Origin: Ruminococcaceae bacterium UBA5401
GTDB taxonomy: Bacteria > Bacillota > Clostridia > Oscillospirales > Acutalibacteraceae
DNA length: 47,580 bases
Reading direction: 5' to 3'
Assembly (NCBI GenBank): GCA_002409675.1
Contig: DHOB01000082.1
Coordinates: 23,514-71,093, forward strand
Shown here in pieces: positions 17,719 through 26,862 of this stretch. The notes below the pieces were generated by a model. It did no database searches and was not told where the DNA came from. It worked only from the letters and a program-made list of their open reading frames with translations. Made by a program: the position numbers and the translations under genes. The number at the start of each line of letters is the position of its first letter. Positions within the stretch are counted from its first letter, which is position 1.

Positions 17719-18049
17719 TACATTTTTTAATTTAAATTATGCAGCTTTTCCGTCTTCTGCCACTTCGCCGGTTTGCGCCGCGTCCTGTGGTCGCCGCGGG
17801 AAAATCCGGAAAATAAGGGCGATTTCAAGCATATGTCGGCCCTATATCGGCTCTTTAGAGGCGATGCGGCCTGTCAGGCGCCGCTTTTCCGCAAGGCTGG
17901 CAAAAGCCCGCCAAGCCGTAAAATGAATTACTATTTGCATAAAATTTCATTGTGTTCGCTCTTAATTTTCTACTCAGGAAAGTGGCCGGGTGGAATCCGG
18001 CCGGGCGATTTTATCGAGGGCGAAAAAACGGAATGAAGCCCCTAAGGGC

Positions 18050-19807
18050 TCAGTCAAGCTTCGGCTCCGCTTCAAACGTCACACAGCCTGCCGCTTTCCC
18101 TTCGGTCTCAAAGACGATTAATTCATTCTGTCCCCGACGCAGCAGAGGGGCGGGAACGTAAAGGCGCTTCTGAGGACCTTTTTCCCAAAAGCGTCCGAGA
18201 TTAAATCCATTGAGCAACGCGCAGCCCTTTCCCCAGCCGGATAAATCCAGAAAAGTATCTCCCGCCCTTTCTATGGAAAACAAGATGCGGTAAAACGCCG
18301 GGACTCCCTTTTGGTACCCCTTTGCGAAATCAAGTTTTTTAAGCATAGTGGTATCAAATTCGAGCGAATACATCTTCCATCCACAGTGACCGTGACCGTT
18401 CAGCAATACTGAGCTTTGGATGCCCTTCCTTTGATCTTTCAGCTTCGGGCCGTAATTGACACGCCCCATATTTTCCATAAGGATATCCAGCTGTGCAAAA
18501 TTGCGCCCGGATTCGGGAATATCATATTCCCTTTCCAGCTCGTGATCATACAGTGTCAGAAAGGGCTGCTGATCCAAGAAAATCTGAGCGCGGTCACCCG
18601 CCCCCAGAAGCTGCAGCTTTTCGATTTGAATCTCTTTCCTCACCGCAGAGCGGTACAAAGTATATCCATAGTTTTGCCCGAGTTTTTCCATGGAGACAGG
18701 CCAGGGGCTTTCGACCGGCGAAGAAATGTCCTTCAATGCGGAAAAAAGCGAAACCCGGCCGGATACTTTCTGCTCTCCATAAAACCGCTTTTCAATCTTC
18801 GTTGAAAATGTTGCTGCAGGTATTTCGGCGTACTTGGCAATCACCTTTTGAAAAGCCCGATATTTTGGTGTGATTTCTCCGTCTTCCGACAGCGGCGCGT
18901 CGTAGTCGTAAGAGGTCACGTCCGGAGTGAGCCGGTCATAGTAGTTGGAACCGTTCATAAACTCAAAGTTGGTCCCGCCGTGGAACATATATAGGTTGAC
19001 ACTGCCCTGCGAAAGAATCGTATCGAGGTCGTTGCAATTCTCTTCCAAAATCGATTTGTGGTGCCTGTCGTCCCCCCACGCGTCGAACCATCCCGGCCAA
19101 AATTCCATGACCATCAAAGGTCCTCCGGCTTTGAGGCGCTTTTTCAGCATCGCCAGCCGGGTTGAAGCTTTCGAGCCGAAATTGGCGGTCGGATGCGCGC
19201 CTTCGACAGAACCGGCTTCAAGGTAGTCCATCCACGGCCCATCGGAAGTGACCAGCGGAACCGTGACGCCGTCGGCGCGCATCTCGTCGCGCAGTGCCTC
19301 AAGATAGGCTTTTTCATCGCCAAAGGCGCCATACTCGTTCTCCACCTGCATCATAAGGATCGGGCCGCCGTTGTCGATCTGCAGCGGCGCAAGAATCTCG
19401 AACAGTCGGGAATAGTATTCCCTGACCGCCCTGAGAAACGGCGGATAGGTGCTGCGCAGGCGCATCCCGTCGTCCGCGAGCAGCCAGGCGGGCAGCCCTC
19501 CAAATTCCCATTCGGCGCAAATGTAGGGCGACGGACGCACAATGGCCCACAAGCCCACTTCTTGCGCAGTTTTCAGAAAGCCGGCAACATCTCTTCGCCC
19601 GTCGAAAAGAAATTTCCCGCGTTTCGGCTCATGAAAATTCCATGGAATATACGTCTCTACAGTATTGCATCCCATGGCCCGTAACTTTTCCAGCCGATCG
19701 CGCCAATACTCCGGCACCACGCGGAAATAGTGAATGGAACCTGAGATGATTTTAAACGGTTTTCCATCGAGGTAAAACCGATCCCTTATTTCAAAACGGC
19801 TCTTCAT
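18050..19807 (-). CDS. GH35 beta-galactosidase (BgaC-like)
   Basis: SGSIHYFR, ETYIPWNFHEP, PYICAEWEFGG, QVENEYG (acid/base), MEFWPGWF (nucleophile), YMFHGGTNF, TSYDYDAP, GRVNYG. Confidence 0.95.
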   Translation of the reverse strand: MKSRFEIRDRFYLDGKPFKIISGSIHYFRVVPEYWRDRLEKLRAMGCNTVETYIPWNFHEPKRGKFLFDGRRDVAGFLKTAQEVGLWAIVRPSPYICAEWEFGGLPAWLLADDGMRLRSTYPPFLRAVREYYSRLFEILAPLQIDNGGPILMMQVENEYGAFGDEKAYLEALRDEMRADGVTVPLVTSDGPWMDYLEAGSVEGAHPTANFGSKASTRLAMLKKRLKAGGPLMVMEFWPGWFDAWGDDRHHKSILEENCNDLDTILSQGSVNLYMFHGGTNFEFMNGSNYYDRLTPDVTSYDYDAPLSEDGEITPKYRAFQKVIAKYAEIPAATFSTKIEKRFYGEQKVSGRVSLFSALKDISSPVESPWPVSMEKLGQNYGYTLYRSAVRKEIQIEKLQLLGAGDRAQIFLDQQPFLTLYDHELEREYDIPESGRNFAQLDILMENMGRVNYGPKLKDQRKGIQSSVLLNGHGHCGWKMYSLEFDTTMLKKLDFAKGYQKGVPAFYRILFSIERAGDTFLDLSGWGKGCALLNGFNLGRFWEKGPQKRLYVPAPLLRRGQNELIVFETEGKAAGCVTFEAEPKLD

Positions 19808-19856
19808 GTCTTTCTTCTTTCTGAAATCATCTATGGATTTGAAAAATATCGAATTT

Positions 19857-20696
19857 CTATTTTACTGAACCGATGATGCCAGCGACAAACTGTTTCTGCA
19901 TCACAAAGAAAAGGAATCCTGTCGGAAGAGTAGCAATTACAATTCCGGCCATGATCATTCCGTAATTCGGCGTGTATGAAGATCCCATGGCGGAAAGGAT
20001 GAGGGGGACCGTGCGCTTCTGCGGTTCCTGAAGCGCAACCAAAGGCCACAAATAGTTGTTCCAGCTGGTCATAAAAGTGATAATAGCACCTGCGGCATAG
20101 GTAGGCCTCATGACCGGCATGTACATATGAATAAACACACCAGGCTCATTGAGGCCATCCATGCGCGCCGCCTCAAGAATGTCCTTAGGAAAGCTTTTTG
20201 TGTTCTGGCGGAAGAAGAAAATCAGAAAAGCCGTGCAGATATAGGGCGCAATGACAGAAAACATGGTATTTAGCCCGATGCCCCTGAGGCCTGCCCTTCC
20301 CGCCATGCTGAACATGCGATACAGCGGAATCATCAGGGCACAAAACGGCATCATCATTGAAAGCAGAAGGATATTAAACACGCGGTCACGCGCTTTGCTG
20401 TGGAAAATTTCAAAGCCATAGCCTGCCACGGAAGAAAGGAGCAGTGCCAGCACTGTGGTGACGGCAGCAATCATTGCCGAATTGCCAAGCGAAATTCCGA
20501 AGCTGAGATCGCTATGAAACAGGTTTCCAAGATTCTCCGCAAGGTGCGGGCCGAAAGTCAATTTCCCCACATTGACTTCCCTGGCGTTGTTTGTGGCGGA
20601 CACGATCATCCAGAAAAACGGAAAAATGGACAGGAACGATAGAACAATCAGGAAAAAATATTTTAAAATCGAAAGGGGGATGTTTTTCTTCTTCAT
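19857..20696 (-). CDS. Carbohydrate ABC transporter permease (MalG/LacG-like)
   Basis: FPFFWM, EAARMDG, WNNYLWPLV, QKQFVAGI. Confidence 0.92.
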   Translation of the reverse strand: MKKKNIPLSILKYFFLIVLSFLSIFPFFWMIVSATNNAREVNVGKLTFGPHLAENLGNLFHSDLSFGISLGNSAMIAAVTTVLALLLSSVAGYGFEIFHSKARDRVFNILLLSMMMPFCALMIPLYRMFSMAGRAGLRGIGLNTMFSVIAPYICTAFLIFFFRQNTKSFPKDILEAARMDGLNEPGVFIHMYMPVMRPTYAAGAIITFMTSWNNYLWPLVALQEPQKRTVPLILSAMGSSYTPNYGMIMAGIVIATLPTGFLFFVMQKQFVAGIIGSVK

Positions 20697-21616
20697 TGAT
20701 TCTCTTTCCCTCCTAATTTCATCTGCACCATGGAAAGGAGCATGATCAGAACCACCACGATGAAAGCCACCGCAGAAGCATATCCAAAGTTAGGCGTATA
20801 TTTAAAGCAGAGATTATAAATGTACTGCGAAATCGTAATGGTTCCGTTCGCCGGTCCGCCCTGGGTGATATTCTGCACCTCGTCAAAGAGCTGCAGCGTC
20901 CCTATTGTCGAGGTAATCGTAGTGAACAGGATAATCGGCTTTAAAAGAGGAATCGTCATGTAGTTCAGTTTCTGCATGAAATTGGCCCCGTCGATTTCGG
21001 CGGCCTCATAAATGCTCGGTTCAATATTCTGCATCCCGGAAAGATAGAAAATCATATTGTATCCGGTCCAGCGCCAAGTGATGGACAAAATGATCAGGAC
21101 CTTTGCCCAAAAGGCATCCGTTGTCCACATAATTGGGGAAAGCCCAAGATGGACAAGCATCTGATTGAAAAGGCCGTCATTTGAAAAAATACTTTTCATG
21201 ATCAGCGAATAAGAAACCAGAGATGTGATGCAGGGCATGAAAATCGCAACCCGAAAGAATGTGCGGCCTTTCAAACTCTTATCGTTCAGCAGTACAGAAA
21301 TAATCAGGGCCAGAACAAGCATGATCGGGACCTGGATAATCAGATAGATAAACGTGTTGCCTAAGGCCTTGCCCACCGTTTGATCATGGAAAAGTCTCCG
21401 ATAATTAGCCAGACCGCCAAAGTGCATGTTGATGCCTTTCCCCGTCTGAAAAGACATGACGAGTGCTCCAACCATCGGGAAAAATACGAAAATTGAGATT
21501 AGGACAATACCGAGAGCAACAAATCCCCACCCCCAGCGATTCATTTTTTTCTCTAAAGTATGGTGCGTCAGCTTCTTCGAACTTTGTCCGGCAGCTGTCG
21601 TACGGTTGCCATCCAT
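20693..21616 (-). CDS. Carbohydrate ABC transporter permease (MalF/LacF-like)
   Basis: GLANY, WRWTGYNMIFYLSG, YEAAEIDGA, LQLFDE, FGYASA; start MDGNR after AGGAGG. Confidence 0.92.
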   Translation of the reverse strand: MDGNRTTAAGQSSKKLTHHTLEKKMNRWGWGFVALGIVLISIFVFFPMVGALVMSFQTGKGINMHFGGLANYRRLFHDQTVGKALGNTFIYLIIQVPIMLVLALIISVLLNDKSLKGRTFFRVAIFMPCITSLVSYSLIMKSIFSNDGLFNQMLVHLGLSPIMWTTDAFWAKVLIILSITWRWTGYNMIFYLSGMQNIEPSIYEAAEIDGANFMQKLNYMTIPLLKPIILFTTITSTIGTLQLFDEVQNITQGGPANGTITISQYIYNLCFKYTPNFGYASAVAFIVVVLIMLLSMVQMKLGGKENQ

Positions 21617-21689
21617 ACGAAAACCCTCCTTAAAAAAGCAGCCGTTGCCATCCCTGGCAATGGCCGCTTTTGCTTTGCTTTGACTTTCG

Positions 21690-23048
21690 TTATCCGGCAG
21701 CGGAAACAATACCCTCTACTTCGGTCTGCGCATTCTTTAACGTATCGTCAAGGGAAGCTCCCTTTAAAATGCTCTGGACCACTTCGGTCATTTTATTTTC
21801 AATATCATAGGTAGACGTGCCGTAATTCACAGCCGGAATGTTTTTAGTCCACCCGATCCAGTCTTTGTAGATCGCCTGGTTGCTGAAGAAAGCATCCGGC
21901 AAACTGACATTTTTACCGGACGAAGCATCCTTGTATGTGCTGACGAGGCTGATATCCTTGCACAGGTTGTCGAGCAGCTCCGTATCGGAGGCAAAAGTCT
22001 TGCTCAGAAAGTCTTTTGCGGTATCCCTGCCGGGCACCTTGTCAATCACATACCAGCTGGCTCCGCCGCAGTTGGTCGCATTGACGGCACCGGAAACGTT
22101 GGACATTTTCGGGAAAGACGCAACCGCCCATTTGCCGGACTGATCGGTCGCCTTCTTGATGCTTGAAGCATACCAGCAGCCGTTGACAGCAGTGGCGACC
22201 TTGCCTTCATTCACCGCCGCAACCCCGGCATCCCAGCCGGAAGCCGTGATGGTGATTCCCGCCGTCTGCATCTTTTTATAGATGGTAAGCGCTTCTTTAA
22301 GCGCGGGATTGCCGGCAATATCGGCTTTTCCATCGGCATCGACATACCATTTGCCCGCAGACTGCATCATCATGCGGATCAGCCCAAGATCGCTCGGATC
22401 GACGGAAAGCATGGCCTTGCCTGTTTTCGCCTTGACCGCCTTGCCAATTTCAATGAACTTGTCCCAAGTCAGGTTTTCCATATCAGCAGGCTTATAGCCG
22501 GCTTTTTGAAGCAGATCCGTACGATAAAACACGCACGCCACGCCGCTGTCAAAGGGAACGCCGTAGATTTTCCCATCCTCCGTCATGGTCTTCAGTTTGT
22601 AATCCATGAATTTATCCGCTTTCGTGACGTCGGAAAGGTCGCTGAGGACGCCCGGATAGGATTTCAGGTAATTCTGAATCCGGTAGTCTTCAATCAGCAC
22701 AATGTTCGGCATCCCGTCCATATTTCCGGATTCAAAGGCTGTGTTCAGCTTTGCGACAATGTCGTTCTGCGCCATACTGACAACGCTTACCGTAACATCC
22801 GGATTGATTTTCGCATACGCCGCTTTCGCCTCATTTGCAGCTTTTACATTGAAGGTATCATCCCAGGCCCAGATGGTAAGTTTCTTCGCTGTGTCCGAGG
22901 CTGCCGAAGAAGCGGTCGCCTGAGTCTTTTCACCCCCTGATGAAGCGTTGGCGGCAGAGCTGGCCGTTCCGCCGTTTCCGCCGCAGGCGGCCATGCTTAT
23001 CAGCATAACCGCACTAAGGACAGTTGCTACAACGCGATTGCACTTCAT
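21690..23048 (-). CDS. Carbohydrate ABC substrate-binding lipoprotein
   Basis: Lipobox (MAA-C), Ser/Ala linker, LTIWAWD, YGVPFDSG, YRTDLL, TWDKF, GGASW; GGAGG RBS; hairpin downstream at about 21635-21670. Confidence 0.93.
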   Translation of the reverse strand: MKCNRVVATVLSAVMLISMAACGGNGGTASSAANASSGGEKTQATASSAASDTAKKLTIWAWDDTFNVKAANEAKAAYAKINPDVTVSVVSMAQNDIVAKLNTAFESGNMDGMPNIVLIEDYRIQNYLKSYPGVLSDLSDVTKADKFMDYKLKTMTEDGKIYGVPFDSGVACVFYRTDLLQKAGYKPADMENLTWDKFIEIGKAVKAKTGKAMLSVDPSDLGLIRMMMQSAGKWYVDADGKADIAGNPALKEALTIYKKMQTAGITITASGWDAGVAAVNEGKVATAVNGCWYASSIKKATDQSGKWAVASFPKMSNVSGAVNATNCGGASWYVIDKVPGRDTAKDFLSKTFASDTELLDNLCKDISLVSTYKDASSGKNVSLPDAFFSNQAIYKDWIGWTKNIPAVNYGTSTYDIENKMTEVVQSILKGASLDDTLKNAQTEVEGIVSAAG

Positions 23049-23223
23049 AGTCGATTCCTCCCATAGAATTTGTGTCCATATACATTTTTTTCAAACTATA
23101 TCAGTATTTTATCATTAATTTATACAAATCCATAGGATTTTTTTCAGATGAATTATCCTTATTTTTTGAAGTTGCGGCAAGGCTGTCCAAATGAAATTCG
23201 CATTTTTTTCAGATATTGGTATT

Positions 23224-25008
23224 TTATTCCGATGTGTCACTGCCCTTCCGGATAACAGGGAGCGTAACTTTTACAGAGGTCCCGTGCCCCGGCTCGCTGA
23301 AAATTTTCACCCCGTATCGCTCGCCGAACAGCAAATGGACCCGGGCATTCACATTCCGGATGCCAATCGAATAGCTGTCCTCGTCCGGCCGGGCGGTAAG
23401 AAGTCTGTCGGCTTTGCTCTGAGGCATTCCGACACCGTCGTCAATGATCTCACAACACAGGCTTTCGTTGTGGCAGTCAATCAGCACGGAAATCACCCCT
23501 CTTTTCCGGTCGGCAAAAGCGTGGAAAAAGGAATTTTCCAGAAACGGCTGCAACAGCAGCTTCGGTATCTGACAGCCCGAGGCGGAAGGACTCAGATATA
23601 TATTCGCCTGAATCTGCTGGCCGAATCGGATTTTCTGCAGAAAAATATAATTTTTTAAATTCTCCACTTCTTCTGAAGCGGGGATCAAGCTCCGGCTGCC
23701 GCCGATAGTGCTGTGCAGCAGCATGGAAAACGTGTCGATACTTCTGATCGCTTTTTCCGAATCCTTCTGCCAGATGAGCCATTTTATGGAAGTCAGAGTA
23801 TTATAAATGAAGTGGGGATTGATCTGCATCTGAAGCGTGTGGATCTCCATCCGGCGCTTTTCCCGTTCCAGCTCAATAAGCTGGCGCATATAGCGGTTAA
23901 GATGCTCAATCATGATGTGGAAGGCTTTGGAAAGCTGCTGCACTTCATAGCCGCCCTGGATAACCTCGACATGGTCCGGAAGGCCCTTTTCCGTGACCTT
24001 GTCCATTGTATGGACAAGCTTGTTGATCGGCCGGGTAATCTGGCTGATGAAAATAAAGACAGCGGCAAGCACCAAAGCGGTGACGGCCAAACAGACCAGC
24101 AGGATATAGGCGCTGCCCTGCATTTCGTTCAAGGCGCGTATGTAGTCAAAAGCGCTTACAATATGCAGATTCCACCTGGGCATGGTTCGCGTGAGCATAA
24201 GGACCGGCTTATTCTGCAGCGTTGTATAGCGGCTGTTTTCCTTATGGGAATCCATATCCCGGATAATTTGTTTCAGCTCCTCGTCTTTTTGCCCCACAAG
24301 GCTGTGATTCGGCGAGGATACAACGGTGCCCGACTCGTCCAGCAGCATCAGATTGTTTGTGCTGTTCCCGAGATTGTCAAAAAAAGCCTGCAGGTCCCGC
24401 TGCGTCATAACGACATATACAAAGCCGTACACGGCTTGGGAGCCGGGAGAGGCAAGGGCCTTCAGAGCGATGAAGGCACTGCTGCCTTTGGAATTTTTTG
24501 TGATTCCCTGCGGCACATAGCGGTACAGAATCCGGTTCGGGTGTTCCCGGGCCTCCTGCGTAATTCTGCTTCCGAGCAGCTCTTTGACCGATATGGAAAG
24601 GCTGGACTGGTTGCTGACATAGCTCTGCTCATTCAGGCCGACCACCGCAACGTCATAAAAAGTATCCGGCTTAACCGTATCGAGTTGTTTAATCATATCG
24701 TAAACCAGGGTAAATGTTCTGGGATTTTCCGGTTCGGTCTTTAAATATTGAGAAAAGGCCCAGCTGTTGTTGATTGTCAGTTCCACGTCGGTGATCCTGT
24801 CGTTCATCGCTTCCATTTTTGCCTGGACCATCGCCATGATCTGCCGATTTGAATAGTTCATCGTCTCTATGTATCCCTGCCGCGTCATGTTGCGTGCGGC
24901 GACGAGAGTGAAGGCAGAAATAGCCAGGACGCCCAGCACGACAACGCATGTGATCTTCCGAAACAGGCTGCCGGGATGCATGGCACTGGTTTTTTCTCTG
25001 AGATTCAC
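23224..25008 (-). CDS. Sensor histidine kinase, YesM/LytS family
   Basis: GTG start after GAGGGG; two TM helices, Cache-like sensor, HAMP, LQMQINPHFIYNTL, LLQPFLENS, DDGVG, IGIRNV. Confidence 0.9.
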   Translation of the reverse strand: MNLREKTSAMHPGSLFRKITCVVVLGVLAISAFTLVAARNMTRQGYIETMNYSNRQIMAMVQAKMEAMNDRITDVELTINNSWAFSQYLKTEPENPRTFTLVYDMIKQLDTVKPDTFYDVAVVGLNEQSYVSNQSSLSISVKELLGSRITQEAREHPNRILYRYVPQGITKNSKGSSAFIALKALASPGSQAVYGFVYVVMTQRDLQAFFDNLGNSTNNLMLLDESGTVVSSPNHSLVGQKDEELKQIIRDMDSHKENSRYTTLQNKPVLMLTRTMPRWNLHIVSAFDYIRALNEMQGSAYILLVCLAVTALVLAAVFIFISQITRPINKLVHTMDKVTEKGLPDHVEVIQGGYEVQQLSKAFHIMIEHLNRYMRQLIELEREKRRMEIHTLQMQINPHFIYNTLTSIKWLIWQKDSEKAIRSIDTFSMLLHSTIGGSRSLIPASEEVENLKNYIFLQKIRFGQQIQANIYLSPSASGCQIPKLLLQPFLENSFFHAFADRKRGVISVLIDCHNESLCCEIIDDGVGMPQSKADRLLTARPDEDSYSIGIRNVNARVHLLFGERYGVKIFSEPGHGTSVKVTLPVIRKGSDTSE

Positions 25009-25021
25009 TTGTTTGGCCCCC

Positions 25022-26566
25022 TCATCTTCTATATTTCCTTCGGTATTCCCGCGGAGTAATGCCGACCGATTTTTTAAAAACGCGGGTAAAATAGCTTTGA
25101 TCCATATAACCCACCGCTCCGCACACGTCGGATATGGCGGATGTCCCTTTCCGCAGCAGCTCCGCGGCATGAAAAATGCGCACTTTATTCAGGTATTCGC
25201 TAAACCCCTCCGCGCTGTGCGACCGAAAATAGGACGACAGATAGGAATAGCTGAAATTGAACTGTTTGGCAAGGCTGGAAAGTGTGAGCTGCTCATTATA
25301 GTGTTTGTCTATGTAGCCCAGAATGTTTTTTATGATATCGCTCTGCGAGTCAATTTTATATTTACGGACCAGGGAACGAAAATCCGCTTCCATCACATGG
25401 AACAGCCGTTTGAAATCCTCGGCGTATGGGCAGGCATAAATCTTGACCAGACAATCCCTTTTCAGGTAAGAAAGGTCGTCTGCATTGAGGCCCTCATCTT
25501 CTAAAATCGAAATCATCCGATACCACGCGTTCTGTACAAGAGTTTTCAGTTCCATTTCCCCAAGCGAATGTCTGGAAATCGCGTTGTCCACATAAACATC
25601 CAAACAATCAAGCGCCTTTTCCAGCTGTAGAGTTCCCAGAAGTTTTGCATACTCTGCGGTATCAAATTTCTCCGATTTCTCGGAATCTTTAAAATCTTCT
25701 TCCGTAAGAAAATGTTTTCCCTTATAAAAAAAGATTCGATCCAGGTTTCGGAGAAAAGATCCGCGGTAGATATCTTTCAGACGGGACGGCGAGGTGAATT
25801 CCCGGCTGACAACATAACAGGTTTTCGGTTCCTGCCGGGCAATCTGCTCAATGGTTTCTTTCAAGTTATAAAAAACAGATTTTCGTTCCGCCTGCGTAAA
25901 ATTAATGACAAGCAGCAGGATGGATTCGTCGGCAACAAGCTGGACAAAGTCGTATCCCTGCATATTTTTTTCCAGGCTTTGATACAGCAGTTTTTTTTGC
26001 TTTTCCAGGGCTGCCCGCTCACCGTTAAAAATCCGGATAACGTCCATTCCGGCCAATATAAAACAGGGTTTGCGAAAAGCCCCCTGAAACTGTTTTTGCG
26101 TTTCTTCCGTAGAAAGTCCGGAGAGTATCCGCTCCACGCAGGTGGTCAGGGACCGGTCCTGACGCTCCTGCACTGCCAGCCCGGGAATGCGGGCTGCCGC
26201 CTCCCTCATGGTTTTCAGCAATGCAGCCGGATTCAGAGTCGGCTTCAGAATATAATCAGCCGCACCGCTTTGAAACGAATTTCTCACATATTTGAAATCG
26301 CTGTAGCTGCTCAAGACCACAACCTGAATTTCCGGATATTTTACTCTCAAATTTTGTTCCAAATTCAGTCCGTCCATGACCGGCATTACGATGTCAGTCA
26401 GCACGATGTGCGGATGAAATTTTCCGACTAATTCAAGGGCCTCTTTCCCGTTGCATGCTTCCCCGACGATCTCAAAGCCCTCCGCTTTCCAGTCCATCAT
26501 GTTGCGGATTCCCTGACGCGTGATATATTCGTCCTCCACAATAAGCACTTTGCAAAGATTCTCCAA
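25022..26566 (-). CDS. Response regulator, YesN family (REC plus AraC HTH)
   Basis: TTG start after AGGGGG; VLIVEDE, LTDIVMPVMDG, DYILKP, C-terminal YLSSYF...VGYMDQSYFTRVFKK...TPREYR. Confidence 0.92.
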   Translation of the reverse strand: MENLCKVLIVEDEYITRQGIRNMMDWKAEGFEIVGEACNGKEALELVGKFHPHIVLTDIVMPVMDGLNLEQNLRVKYPEIQVVVLSSYSDFKYVRNSFQSGAADYILKPTLNPAALLKTMREAAARIPGLAVQERQDRSLTTCVERILSGLSTEETQKQFQGAFRKPCFILAGMDVIRIFNGERAALEKQKKLLYQSLEKNMQGYDFVQLVADESILLLVINFTQAERKSVFYNLKETIEQIARQEPKTCYVVSREFTSPSRLKDIYRGSFLRNLDRIFFYKGKHFLTEEDFKDSEKSEKFDTAEYAKLLGTLQLEKALDCLDVYVDNAISRHSLGEMELKTLVQNAWYRMISILEDEGLNADDLSYLKRDCLVKIYACPYAEDFKRLFHVMEADFRSLVRKYKIDSQSDIIKNILGYIDKHYNEQLTLSSLAKQFNFSYSYLSSYFRSHSAEGFSEYLNKVRIFHAAELLRKGTSAISDVCGAVGYMDQSYFTRVFKKSVGITPREYRRKYRR

Positions 26567-26674
26567 TCGATTACCCCCTGTTAAAGTGCGGCCTGGCAGA
26601 CACCCCGAAACCGTCTTTGAAATTGACCCAGAGAAAAGGTTTATGATGTTTTTGCCATATACATTTAGATAGAT

Positions 26675-26710
26675 AGTATAAATTTTACGCTGTTTTACCA
26701 TAAATATCAA
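26675..26710 (-). promoter_or_regulatory. Probable SigA promoter of the two-component operon
   Basis: TTGATA (26705-26710), 17 bp, TAAAAT (26682-26687); alternative -10 TATACT at 26675-26680. Confidence 0.5.
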
Positions 26711-26761
26711 ATGCAGTGACTGAGCACGTTCCATTCTAAAATTACGAGCGCATCCAGAATG

Positions 26762-26800
26762 AAAAACGGCCCGCTCCGTTTGAAATCCGGAGCAGGGCCG
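26762..26800 (-). terminator. Intrinsic terminator downstream of the PBP gene
   Basis: Minus strand GCGGCCCTGCTCCG...CGGAGCGGGCCG-TTTTT. Confidence 0.7.
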
Positions 26801-26862
26801 CATAAATTCAAGCTATTCAGTGACAGGGCTTATTTTTTGTCCGTTCAACGGGGCGCTCTTTC

